IMG/VR virus record: IMGVR_UViG_3300024259_000010
Coordinates: 62,001-126,000 of that record
Length of the DNA stretch: 64,000 nt
Reading direction: 5' to 3' (one strand)
The notes below the pieces were generated by a model. It saw nothing but the letters and a program-made list of their open reading frames with translations. It was not told where the DNA came from and made no database searches. Position 1 is the stretch's first letter. The number at the start of each line of letters is the position of its first letter. This document shows, piece after piece, positions 29,462 through 39,166 of this stretch. The translations under genes were made by a program, and so were the position numbers.

Positions 29462-31708
29462 ATGGAAGGTGTAGAACATAATTCAGACACTGTCCAAGCC
29501 GATGCTATTATTGAAGACTATTTGACTGAATACGGTATACACACCCATCGTACTAAGATCACTAATGTGATTGATGGGTTGAAGCCAGTCAATAGACGAA
29601 TACTATTAGTTCAGGATACGACAACACCTCGCAAGGTGGCTGCCATAACAGGTAGTGTCATGGAAAAGTATCACCCACATGGTGATGCAGCTATAACAGA
29701 TTCTATTGTTAGAATGGCACAGCCGTTTAATATTAAGATAACGTTATTGCACAGTACATCAAACATTGGCGACTATGGTGGTGAAACCGCTGCAGCTGGT
29801 CGATATTTAGATGTAGGAGCTTCACAGTTTGCAATTGATTGTTATAGTAAAGGTATTGACAAGAAGACCTTTGAGTATCAACAAACAGAGATTGGTGATG
29901 GTAATGTAGAACCTAAGTTCTTTATTCCTAAATTACCAATGGCTTTACTTGTTGCAAACTTTGGTATTGGATTAGCGTATAAATCAGAACCCGTTACATT
30001 AAATATGGGTGATGTATGTAAGCTAGTAAACAAATATCTAAAACTTAAAACACAATATGGAAAAGCATTATCTTACGAGTTGTTGTATACAAAGCTTGCT
30101 AAGTATTGTATTCCAGATTTTCCAATCAACGTATTACTACGAAATAAACAACAGTTGTTAAATAGTTATGAACAGGGTTCATTCTCCGTATCAACTTTAG
30201 TAGATGGTACTATGGATATATCCCCACATTCAATTACAATTAGAACTATGCCTTATGGTGTTAAACCAAAAGAGATATGGGCTAAATTGGGATTAATGCG
30301 TAAAGATAAAGCAACTAACTTTGTTAATTCAAATATTCAACGTATTGAGGATTATGGTAATGGACCAGATGAAACACAGATTGTATTATCATTAAAACGA
30401 GGTATTTCCCCATTCTCTATACTAACTGAATTAAAACACTTGATTGGATTTACAAAACGTTGGACACCCAATTACTTGTATTCAATGCCTGACAATAGTC
30501 TTAACTATCTCAATCCAATTACTGTAATGGAAGCTTGGTATGAAGAACGTACTAAATCTATCAAAGCAGAACTTAGAATTGGACAACGGCGTAACTTGGA
30601 AGAGATACGTAAAGTAACAGCACTGATTAAAATTGGTGATAATATTTTAGACGTTGTTAAGATACTACGAAATGCTACCTCAGTAGAAGATGCGTATCCA
30701 TTGCTTATGAAAAAGTATGAGTTGACTAAAGCTCAGACTATGACTATCATGAAGTATCAATTAGCTAACATTCCAAAGAAATCCAAAGAGGAACTCGCGG
30801 TAATGTTAGCCAATGTTAAAGAAGCAAATAATGAATTGCAATCTAAATTCTTTAATATTGATAAGCAGATATCTCAAGATGCTGAGACACTCATGACTAG
30901 GTATCCGGTGTATGCAAAACGTTCCTGTAATACTTCAAAAACCATTGGTTACATAGCTACTATGGGAGGGGTAATTCAGTTCAGTTCATATGAAGAGTTA
31001 TTCTCTTTATTAACAGAATTTACAAAACAAACTGTAAAAATGGAATTATATCCACATAGGCCTAAGCATAAATATCTAATGCATGAGTCAACAGTTATGT
31101 CTAACGATACAATATCATTACCTAAAGAGAATGTAGGTACTCGTATTGTAGCATGTAAGAATATGTTAAAGTATACTATCGTGTTAGATAAGAAACGTTG
31201 TGTGTTCCGTATGAACAAGATTGTACATGCTAATCTAGGTAAGAGTAAATTGTTCTATACCAATGATCGTATTATCTCCATATCTAAAACAGGTGATGTT
31301 CAATCTTTGAATGCATCTGATATACCACTTAGAAATAATATTAATAGTAGAGGTGTTAATTCAAATCATGCATTCATTGGTAGTTTACCAGATGATGAAT
31401 TCTGGGTTGCGTATTCAATTGAGAAAAACATTATAGTATTCCAAAAGGTACAAATTGGTGGAAGGATTATGCTACCACCAGGAACAATAACTAAGACTCA
31501 TATATTTGGAATATTCCCAACGACAGGTGTAGCTGGGTTTAGTATATCAGATGACTGTGTTAGTAAGAGTGCTATTAGACATATCTTAGTTGAAGATACC
31601 TCAGTATTCAATACTGATAAAGTTGTAATTAAAATTAATAGTAAAGTTAATAATGATTATGATGTTAAGATCAGTAACATTGCAGGTCTATATAGAATCA
31701 ACAAATAA
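29462..31708 (+). CDS. gyrA: Type IIA topoisomerase A subunit (GyrA/ParC-like)
   Basis: DGLKPVNRRIL, YHPHGD, catalytic AAGRY, IPDFP. Confidence 0.92.
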   Translation: MEGVEHNSDTVQADAIIEDYLTEYGIHTHRTKITNVIDGLKPVNRRILLVQDTTTPRKVAAITGSVMEKYHPHGDAAITDSIVRMAQPFNIKITLLHSTSNIGDYGGETAAAGRYLDVGASQFAIDCYSKGIDKKTFEYQQTEIGDGNVEPKFFIPKLPMALLVANFGIGLAYKSEPVTLNMGDVCKLVNKYLKLKTQYGKALSYELLYTKLAKYCIPDFPINVLLRNKQQLLNSYEQGSFSVSTLVDGTMDISPHSITIRTMPYGVKPKEIWAKLGLMRKDKATNFVNSNIQRIEDYGNGPDETQIVLSLKRGISPFSILTELKHLIGFTKRWTPNYLYSMPDNSLNYLNPITVMEAWYEERTKSIKAELRIGQRRNLEEIRKVTALIKIGDNILDVVKILRNATSVEDAYPLLMKKYELTKAQTMTIMKYQLANIPKKSKEELAVMLANVKEANNELQSKFFNIDKQISQDAETLMTRYPVYAKRSCNTSKTIGYIATMGGVIQFSSYEELFSLLTEFTKQTVKMELYPHRPKHKYLMHESTVMSNDTISLPKENVGTRIVACKNMLKYTIVLDKKRCVFRMNKIVHANLGKSKLFYTNDRIISISKTGDVQSLNASDIPLRNNINSRGVNSNHAFIGSLPDDEFWVAYSIEKNIIVFQKVQIGGRIMLPPGTITKTHIFGIFPTTGVAGFSISDDCVSKSAIRHILVEDTSVFNTDKVVIKINSKVNNDYDVKISNIAGLYRINK

Positions 31709-31721
31709 AATATTAAAGATA

Positions 31722-31750
31722 ACACGGTACTGCATTACGCAGTACCGTGT
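31722..31750. terminator. Bidirectional terminator
   Basis: 12-bp stem ACACGGTACTGC between convergent genes. Confidence 0.7.
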
Positions 31751-31759
31751 ATTCTTTTT

Positions 31760-32647
31760 TTATTTTTTTACAACCTGTCCAAGTAACTTACCATATGTTA
31801 ATGTAACATGTACTGAGTACATATATGAAGCATACATTAGACTATTGAAATTTTTTAATGTTTCCACTGGATCTAATTCAGGATGTTCATATCCAAACTC
31901 ACCAAGCTTAATACGTTTTAATAAATTCTCAATATGTAGTAACTTCTTATATATAACTCTTGAGAACTCAACATTAGTTTCACAGTCTTGTATGAACTCA
32001 GATATGTTACTATTATCGTAGAACATTTTTCTTCCACGTTTCTTCATATCTAAATTCAAAATATGTGGAGTTACGTTTTTAGTCACAAAAAACCCAAGTT
32101 CTTCACGGGTATTTACCCAAGTATTCTTAGACATCTTCTGGTTGAAGATACATATGTTGGATGCTAATTTATTGTGATAGTTCTCTAATTCCTGATTACT
32201 GATAATGGACTTTTTATCATCCATAGATATAGCCATAGTAAAATAATATTTACCAGTTGATCTAAATTTAACACTTTCAAAACGTTTTAATTTTTTAAGA
32301 GTAAATTCATTCTTATCAATAATACGTTTAAAGTTAGATTTGATATTCATAACTAATCTTTTGATCAGATCGAACATACGTCTAATAATATCTTTAATAG
32401 TTGAATTAATTGCTTCAAGAGATTCTTGAATATCCTCTAGTACATCCTCATTATCATTAGATAAGTTTATAACTCCATCTAATTCAGATCTAACTAATTC
32501 AGATACTGTTTCGGTGACACCATATTCTCCAATAACAGAATGTAAACTAGATAGATTACTAGAGGTTACTCTGAGATCTAATATATCATTGTACATCCGT
32601 TCTATATGTAAAGAATATGATTGATATTCTCTATTGGTATCTAACAT
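31760..32647 (-). CDS. Head-protein paralog
   Basis: 295 aa; SLE candidate cleavage site plus amphipathic helix; IGEYGVTETVSELVRSEL resembles VSQFGIDDSMVSLLKGEL of 32717-35353. Confidence 0.55.
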   Translation of the reverse strand: MLDTNREYQSYSLHIERMYNDILDLRVTSSNLSSLHSVIGEYGVTETVSELVRSELDGVINLSNDNEDVLEDIQESLEAINSTIKDIIRRMFDLIKRLVMNIKSNFKRIIDKNEFTLKKLKRFESVKFRSTGKYYFTMAISMDDKKSIISNQELENYHNKLASNICIFNQKMSKNTWVNTREELGFFVTKNVTPHILNLDMKKRGRKMFYDNSNISEFIQDCETNVEFSRVIYKKLLHIENLLKRIKLGEFGYEHPELDPVETLKNFNSLMYASYMYSVHVTLTYGKLLGQVVKK

Positions 32648-32668
32648 GATTTTTTCCTAAGAAAATAA

Positions 32669-32707
32669 ATATAACTAGTGTGATAATTAATATCACACTA
32701 GTTATAT
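32669..32707 (-). terminator. Terminator hairpin
   Basis: 17-bp perfect stem ATATAACTAGTGTGATA. Confidence 0.7.
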
Positions 32708-32716
32708 CATTTATGA

Positions 32717-35353
32717 TTAGTAATATTGCCCTGTGGTAGGCACTTCTTCAGACTCATCATCTTCAACGACTTCTTCGTCGTCTTCTGGAACAGCTACTTC
32801 TTCTTCAGAAGTAATTTCCTCAGATGTTTCTTCATCAGATTCTTCATCAGATTCATCTTCTTCTGTTGATTCTTCTTCTGTAGACTCTTCTTCTTCCGAA
32901 GTTTCCTCTTCAGTAGTTTCTTCCTCAGTAGATTCTTCTTCCGAAGTTTCTTCATCAGATTCTTCAGTAGTGTCGTCATTTGCTTCAGAGATTACATTGT
33001 CAGCATCTTCGGCAAACTCTTCACCAGGTTCCGCTTGTTCCTCATCAGACTCTTCCTCAGTAACTTCATTTTCATCAACTGATTCTTCTTCCTCAACGGT
33101 TTCAGATTCTTCAATTTCTAATGGAGCAGGTTCTTCACTTTCAGATGCTTCAGTCTCTTCAACTACTTCCTCTTCTTCAGTAGACTCTTCCTCAGTAGAT
33201 CCCTCATCGGACTCTTCTTCAGTATACTCTTCTTCTTCTTCGGCTGTAATCTCTTCTGAACCCTCTTCTTCTTCAGGAACGATTTCAACTTCTTCACCAT
33301 CTTCAGATGGAGCTTCAATTTCTTCATCATCCGCTGGGACAGCTACTTCTTCATCTTCACTATCTTCAAGAATTTCTTCACCATCTTCTTCAACCTGAGT
33401 TTCTTCAGAATCATCATCTAAGTCTGCAGCTTCACTAGGAGTCTCTTCTTCCGAAGGAGCTTCAGTTTCTTCCACAGTCTCTTCTTCAGTTGTTTCCTCT
33501 TCCACGACTTCTTCCTCGGAAGTAACTTCTTCCTCTTCAGAGCCTTCTTCTACAACTTCTTCTTCGATGATTTCTTCTTCAGAACCTTCTTCTTCAACCA
33601 CTTCTTCTTCAGAAGTAACTTCTTCAGCAGGTTCTTCATCTGGAACTACTTCAGTTTCTTCTTCAGCGGGCATATCTTCAACGACTTCTTCGTCGTCTTC
33701 TGGAACAGCCACTTCTTCTTCTTCAGAGGTAGTTTCTTCAGTTTGAACTTCTTCATCAGCCTCAGCTTCTTCTTCTACCTCTTCACCTTCTTCTTGAGCA
33801 GGTGTTTCTTCGATAGGTTCATCTGAATCAGTTTCAACAGTGTTTTCTTCTTCGTCTTCTGCAGTGATTTCACCAGGACCATCGTCAGTGGTTACTTCTT
33901 CCACAGGATCAACTTCTTCGAATTCACCTGGTTTATGAGTATCAGTCCCGTCACCATCATTGGCTTCAATAACTTCTTCTTCTTCCTCTTCTGGGACGGC
34001 TGTATCAGCATCTTCGTCAGCTTCCTCTTCAGGTTCTAACTCAGAGGAACATTTGCCTTCAATATCTGTTTCTTCAGATTCTTCTTCTTCAGAAGGTTCA
34101 TCATCAACAACAGGTACATCACCCTCTTCAACAACTTCGTCTTCAGATTCTTCTGGTACTTCAGTGTCCATAGCTTCAGAGACTTCCGCTTCACCTTCTT
34201 CAGGGATAGCAACTTCACCATCATCAGCATCTGAATCACCGGTATGAACTTCATCAGCGTCTTCTTCTTCAACTTCATCAGCTTCTTCAGTGTTATTCTC
34301 ACAAGCTTCAGGTGCACCAGCAGCGGCTACTTCTTCTTCCAATGAATCCTCGGTTTCTTCTTCGGTGGATTCTTCTTCACCTTCTTCAACCACTTCTTCA
34401 TCAGCATCTTCAGTTGTTACTTCAGCAACAGTATTGTTTTCAACTTTATCAAGAACGTTAATACAAGATTCAAGATAAGTTACAACTGATGTATTGATAG
34501 CAATGATTTTCTTAGAAAGTTCTGACATAGCTGTGGATAGTTCAATGTAACCTTCAGCTTTATCTTCACGTAGATCAGTAAGAGCTTCAATTTTAGTCAA
34601 TTTACCACTGATGTCTGAGTTAAGCTTAGAAATGTTAGCACATGTTTCAAGAACAAGTTTAGCAGATGTTAATGCATCCTGTACCATTCCAATATCTTTT
34701 ACAGATTTTTCCATCAGAACAATATCACTAACTTTAAGTTCAACTAAAGCTTTAACAGCATCAGCATCACCATCGAAGCTATTACTTGCAAGCATTTCAG
34801 CAACAGGTGAGAATAAGCTAAATGCGCTTACAGCTTCTTCAGCAAATTTCATAACATCCGAAGAAGGACAAGAAACTGCAGTTACATCAGCACCCCATTT
34901 AGGATCAGTGATCTTAGCTACAGTAGTAATGATGTCGTTCAGCTTAGCAGACAGTGAAGTCTGTAAGTTAGAGTACTCAGCTAATACCGATTCAATACTA
35001 TTCTTGAGAACCATTGCAGAATCTTCAATCTTCTTGTCAACAGTTTCAATAGAGTTATTGATTTCAGTAACGGTGGACTCAACATCTTTTTCTTCAAATG
35101 AAGGAGCAATGTCTTTAAGTTCACCTTTGAGTAATGATACCATGCTGTCATCGATACCGAATTGGCTAACAACACGTACGATGTCAGTTAGATTGTTTTT
35201 AGCGCTAGCCATTTTTTTCAACATGACAAAATGAGATTCGTGTTTGGTGACAGCATCAAACAGTTTGTTTTCAGCATTGATAATTTCCGATACAGAAATA
35301 CCTGCTAACTGGGTCTGTTCTCCAGAGGATAGATTGGTTATTCCTAATTTCAT
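32717..35353 (-). CDS. Very acidic head/scaffold-like protein
   Basis: 878 aa; ~310-aa helical N-domain followed by ~560 aa of Glu/Asp-rich low-complexity sequence; AAGGA RBS. Confidence 0.7.
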   Translation of the reverse strand: MKLGITNLSSGEQTQLAGISVSEIINAENKLFDAVTKHESHFVMLKKMASAKNNLTDIVRVVSQFGIDDSMVSLLKGELKDIAPSFEEKDVESTVTEINNSIETVDKKIEDSAMVLKNSIESVLAEYSNLQTSLSAKLNDIITTVAKITDPKWGADVTAVSCPSSDVMKFAEEAVSAFSLFSPVAEMLASNSFDGDADAVKALVELKVSDIVLMEKSVKDIGMVQDALTSAKLVLETCANISKLNSDISGKLTKIEALTDLREDKAEGYIELSTAMSELSKKIIAINTSVVTYLESCINVLDKVENNTVAEVTTEDADEEVVEEGEEESTEEETEDSLEEEVAAAGAPEACENNTEEADEVEEEDADEVHTGDSDADDGEVAIPEEGEAEVSEAMDTEVPEESEDEVVEEGDVPVVDDEPSEEEESEETDIEGKCSSELEPEEEADEDADTAVPEEEEEEVIEANDGDGTDTHKPGEFEEVDPVEEVTTDDGPGEITAEDEEENTVETDSDEPIEETPAQEEGEEVEEEAEADEEVQTEETTSEEEEVAVPEDDEEVVEDMPAEEETEVVPDEEPAEEVTSEEEVVEEEGSEEEIIEEEVVEEGSEEEEVTSEEEVVEEETTEEETVEETEAPSEEETPSEAADLDDDSEETQVEEDGEEILEDSEDEEVAVPADDEEIEAPSEDGEEVEIVPEEEEGSEEITAEEEEEYTEEESDEGSTEEESTEEEEVVEETEASESEEPAPLEIEESETVEEEESVDENEVTEEESDEEQAEPGEEFAEDADNVISEANDDTTEESDEETSEEESTEEETTEEETSEEEESTEEESTEEDESDEESDEETSEEITSEEEVAVPEDDEEVVEDDESEEVPTTGQYY
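32759..33721. repeat. 48-bp direct repeat inside the acidic protein gene (32759-32806 and 33674-33721)
   Basis: ATCTTCAACGACTTCTTCGTCGTCTTCTGGAACAGC[T/C]ACTTCTTCTTC occurs twice and encodes EEEVAVPEDDEEVVED. Confidence 0.75.
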
Positions 35354-35496
35354 AATAATTCCTTATTTTATTAGTGATATACACTAGATTAGTTTACACT
35401 ATATAATGTTTATATTCTTCCATAAATATATTTGTTTTAAATCATTCATATCGTTCATAGTATAGACTAAAATAATATTTAAATAAGAGGTTCTAC

Positions 35497-36186
35497 ATGG
35501 AAACTTCAGAAAAAAGAAAGAAAGCTGAAGCATATATCTTACAGTCAATAGCGACATTAGATAAACATGCTTCCGGTGATAACATAAAGAGATATAAAGC
35601 AATGTTTGCTTCTATGTCTGATACACAATTTGATAAGTACATGAAAACATTACGTGATAATAAAACATGTATTTATATGTATATGCCTAATATGACGAAA
35701 CGTCCTAAAATAGGTGACCTACTTACTATTGCTAAGAAATTAGGTATTAAGATGTTCCATAGGATTAAGATTTACGATACTGCTACTAATAAGTATTACT
35801 TAACTAATGAGACATATCCTATATTTAGACTACCAATACGAAGACTACAACAGTTCTTAGAAAAGAAAATTTCTATTCCACATGGTGATAGTAAAATCGA
35901 TTCATTAACTGGTCAAGTAGCATTTGATGATAGAGCTGCTAAGATTACTAATCCTGAAATTCAGGCATTACAATCTAAAGGTCTTGATAATACGTTACAT
36001 GAATTCGTATCTATCCGTGGTGGTAACATTGAAGCTTATGGTGGTGAGTTTAAACGACAGGCTGAAGAAACCGGTGTTGTACTATTACAGGATATCACAG
36101 GTGGTAGTAAAACACGTTCAGCTGTTGTAACTCAGTTATTTTTAGAAGGATTAATGTTGGAAACTAATTTAGCAGGAGATCTATAA
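35497..36186 (+). CDS. Virion RNA polymerase beta C-terminal subunit (phiKZ gp149-like)
   Basis: 229 aa; DSLTGQV...KITNPEIQAL...TLHEFVSIRGG parallels the RpoB C-terminal LTQQP/GEMEVWAL/TLQEMLT region. Confidence 0.75.
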   Translation: METSEKRKKAEAYILQSIATLDKHASGDNIKRYKAMFASMSDTQFDKYMKTLRDNKTCIYMYMPNMTKRPKIGDLLTIAKKLGIKMFHRIKIYDTATNKYYLTNETYPIFRLPIRRLQQFLEKKISIPHGDSKIDSLTGQVAFDDRAAKITNPEIQALQSKGLDNTLHEFVSIRGGNIEAYGGEFKRQAEETGVVLLQDITGGSKTRSAVVTQLFLEGLMLETNLAGDL

Positions 36187-38195
36187 TGGCTAAACCAATT
36201 TTTATTACTGCAACTGAGCGACCTACTGAGAAACCAGTTAATCTTGGTAACGACTTATTATCTGTAAAAGAAGTAAGTACTTTAAGTTCTGGTATTAAAC
36301 AAGTACTTGAGTCTAAAACAGGTATTGCGATTAAATCTGACTTAGATCTAATTAAGGCTAAAATAGCTGTACTTAAAGGGGTTAATAAAGATCCAGTTAC
36401 GGCTATTGGAACAGATGAGACCAGTGTTATTCAGGTATCTGATCAAGAAGCTGTTGAAACATTAGAAGAGTTAGAAAAACAGTTAGCATTAGGTGAAGCT
36501 AATAAAGAAGCGTGTCCTGACTTAGGTTTTGACTGTGGATGGTTTGATGCTTCAGGATTATTAAAAAAGATCAACCTAAAGAAATATGCTAAGTCAGCAG
36601 CTGATTCACTTAAGAGTGTGTTTGATATGGCCAAGTCATGGGGAGCATCTGCTAAGAAGACTGCTTCAGATTTATTCGGTACTGTTATTTCATGTACTAA
36701 ATATCTTGCATCCCAGACTATTAAAGGCATTAATAAATTATCTAAGAATATTGCCAAGTTTGGTAACTTAGATATGCTTAAGCAATTAAGTGATGCTATT
36801 AATAAGAATACTAAAACAGATCCAAGTAGTTTCTTTGATGTATCTAAGTTATTTGGAGATACTGTTAAAAATAGTGATACTAAAAGTTTATCATTAACAA
36901 GTATATATGCAGCGCTTACTTCACTAGCTATTAAACCTAAAGCATTATTGTCCCCATTTGATAAATTAATATCATCATTTAGTTCAACAAAGAAGTCTAA
37001 GCATAAATCTCCTTCCAAGAGAAATGTAGTATCTACTGCAAAAATTGGAAGTATGACTGCGCCTAATACTACTACTAATGGAATGAATGAAACGTTTACC
37101 ACATTTACTGAAACATCGGTAGATGAGAATCGTTCTAATATTATCAATGAAGCAATTGCATCTTATGATGAAACATTTGGAACTGGTCCATTAACAGTTA
37201 CAATGAATGCAGATAATGAGATAAACTCTATAGCTAATGAAGATGGTATTATTATTGCATATCTAAATGGTAATGACGTATGGGTATATACTGTTGATTC
37301 AAATGGTAATCCATATACATTAGATAATAACGGTAAGCCTGTTGTGTTATATGATGCAAATGGTGTGATCATACCTCCACCTGAACCAGTTGAAGTTTAT
37401 AATGAGAATGGTTTGTTAATAACCCCATCGCCTACTACATCTGTTATAAAAGGTTTTGATGTAGCTGGTAATCCTATATCAGTACCTGCACTAGTGCCAA
37501 TATCTGGATTCAATTCAGATGGAGATCCTATTGTAGGTTATACTAATGGATCATTACCACCTTTGTTAGAAGTAGATATCAATGGATCACCAAAATCATT
37601 AACGACTGATCCTGTAACAGGTGAAACTATACCTGGTCCTGTGACCGGTATAAATGTTGTCAATGGCGTGTTGCCAAGTCCTGGTGCAACTGGTGTCACT
37701 ATGGATAGTTTAAATATGGCGGCTTCAACAAGTGTGTTTATTGCTAATGGGAATATACCTGCATTGGTTGTAGATAAGACAGTTGAATCAGTTATTAAGC
37801 AAGATCCTAAAGTATTAGACAATGGTGGATCGGAAGTTCCAATTGTATCTGTTATTAAAAATAATACTGTTGGTAACAATGCTGCTAAGATTGCTAAACT
37901 TGCAAGTAAAGATCACTTCACTCAACTTATTGAATCTAATGATCCTGTATCTGTAGATACTTATAAAGAAGAGTTGGTTGCTAAGCAAGATGCTAATAAT
38001 TGGTATATAGGTGAAAATACAAGACCTGTTGAAAAGGTTACTGTTATAGATCCTAATGAACTACTAGTATCATTACAGGTAACTGATAGGAGACGATCTA
38101 TGTCATTACAAGGATTATCTGCTACCGAGAGGTCTATTGCAATAAATAGACACTTTAAGAATGAATATACTAAAGTACACAATACGTTTAAATAA
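36186..38195 (+). CDS. Putative virion protein with Pro-rich DxNG repeats
   Basis: 669 aa; repeated DSNGNP, DNNGKP, DANG, DVAGNP, DINGSP turns. Confidence 0.55.
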   Translation: MAKPIFITATERPTEKPVNLGNDLLSVKEVSTLSSGIKQVLESKTGIAIKSDLDLIKAKIAVLKGVNKDPVTAIGTDETSVIQVSDQEAVETLEELEKQLALGEANKEACPDLGFDCGWFDASGLLKKINLKKYAKSAADSLKSVFDMAKSWGASAKKTASDLFGTVISCTKYLASQTIKGINKLSKNIAKFGNLDMLKQLSDAINKNTKTDPSSFFDVSKLFGDTVKNSDTKSLSLTSIYAALTSLAIKPKALLSPFDKLISSFSSTKKSKHKSPSKRNVVSTAKIGSMTAPNTTTNGMNETFTTFTETSVDENRSNIINEAIASYDETFGTGPLTVTMNADNEINSIANEDGIIIAYLNGNDVWVYTVDSNGNPYTLDNNGKPVVLYDANGVIIPPPEPVEVYNENGLLITPSPTTSVIKGFDVAGNPISVPALVPISGFNSDGDPIVGYTNGSLPPLLEVDINGSPKSLTTDPVTGETIPGPVTGINVVNGVLPSPGATGVTMDSLNMAASTSVFIANGNIPALVVDKTVESVIKQDPKVLDNGGSEVPIVSVIKNNTVGNNAAKIAKLASKDHFTQLIESNDPVSVDTYKEELVAKQDANNWYIGENTRPVEKVTVIDPNELLVSLQVTDRRRSMSLQGLSATERSIAINRHFKNEYTKVHNTFK

Positions 38196-38197
38196 TT

Positions 38198-38992
38198 ATG
38201 AGAACTATAAACTGTCACTTGATATACCATTTGGGAGATTGTATAGCAGCTCTCCATTTCTTAATTAATTGCACTAGGATAAATCCAGTTAGGTTTAATT
38301 TCTCTTGTAGAGAAGACTACCATGGTCAGCTACAGGAGATTATTGAGTTTCATACTGATGTTATTACTTTAGTACCATTAAATGCCCCTGTTATGGAGGC
38401 TACGTTCGATGAGGACTCTATTGATTTATGGATAAGTGCTTCAGGGGTTAATTGGTTTGAACCATCTAAAATGTTAAATGGATTCATTGATCAATCAACA
38501 TACTTCTTATTCCATTGGATTGAAGTTGCTGAGCAGATGAATATTATATGTCCATTTAGAAACAAATACGATATTATACATAACCAAGAAGTGTTATTAG
38601 AACCATTAGACTTCACCGATAAGTTTGATTATTTATTCATCAATAGTAATCCAGCTAGTGGACAATGTTCCGAATACACTGTTGAACGTTCTGATGATTT
38701 TATAGAGAGGTTGCAACATAACTCACGAAGTGTTATAACAACTAGAAAAGTTGGTGACATTCCATGTACAACAGATTACAATTTATCTATTGTAGATATT
38801 GGTAAATTATCCATATCAAACGTTAGTAATATATTTGCTATTAATACAGGTCCTATTCATTTATGTATGAATAAATGGTCCATACCTAAATTAGATAGAT
38901 TTTTTATTTGGGCATCTATGGAGACATTTAAATACGGTCCTAATTTTAGATCTGAGAAATATTTATCACACTTTATTGATAATGAACTTTAA
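38198..38992 (+). CDS. Glycosyltransferase-like protein (GT9/heptosyltransferase-type fold)
   Basis: N-terminal HLGD and C-terminal NTGPIHL resemble GT9 xGD and DSGpxHl motifs. Confidence 0.55.
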   Translation: MRTINCHLIYHLGDCIAALHFLINCTRINPVRFNFSCREDYHGQLQEIIEFHTDVITLVPLNAPVMEATFDEDSIDLWISASGVNWFEPSKMLNGFIDQSTYFLFHWIEVAEQMNIICPFRNKYDIIHNQEVLLEPLDFTDKFDYLFINSNPASGQCSEYTVERSDDFIERLQHNSRSVITTRKVGDIPCTTDYNLSIVDIGKLSISNVSNIFAINTGPIHLCMNKWSIPKLDRFFIWASMETFKYGPNFRSEKYLSHFIDNEL

Positions 38993-38997
38993 ATAAT

Positions 38998-39043
38998 ATA
39001 GGTAGAAGTGAGCATCAGCTCACTTCTACCTATGTCTTTTTTT
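38998..39043 (+). terminator. Rho-independent terminator
   Basis: 16-bp perfect stem ATAGGTAGAAGTGAGC followed by T7. Confidence 0.75.
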
Positions 39044-39103
39044 AATTAGATATCACATATTATACTCTTTGTTTTTTATTAGTTATTCCAACTAATTTTC
39101 AAA

Positions 39104-39122
39104 CATATATTACCTTAATAGA
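39104..39122 (+). promoter_or_regulatory. Early-type promoter motif CATATATTACCTTAATAGA
   Basis: Repeated motif at the head of the operon containing the non-virion RNAP subunit. Confidence 0.65.
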
Positions 39123-39166
39123 TATTGTGAACATAAGCAATAAAAATTTTCAAGGAAGGTAGTAAT

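Noticed and set aside
32717-34420. TCT/TTC-rich repetitive DNA considered as a CRISPR array or satellite
   Set aside because: No fixed repeat-spacer periodicity; explained by poly-Glu coding.
32733-35234. Long Ser-rich plus-strand ORFs
   Set aside because: Antisense shadows of GAA/GAT-rich codons in the acidic protein gene.
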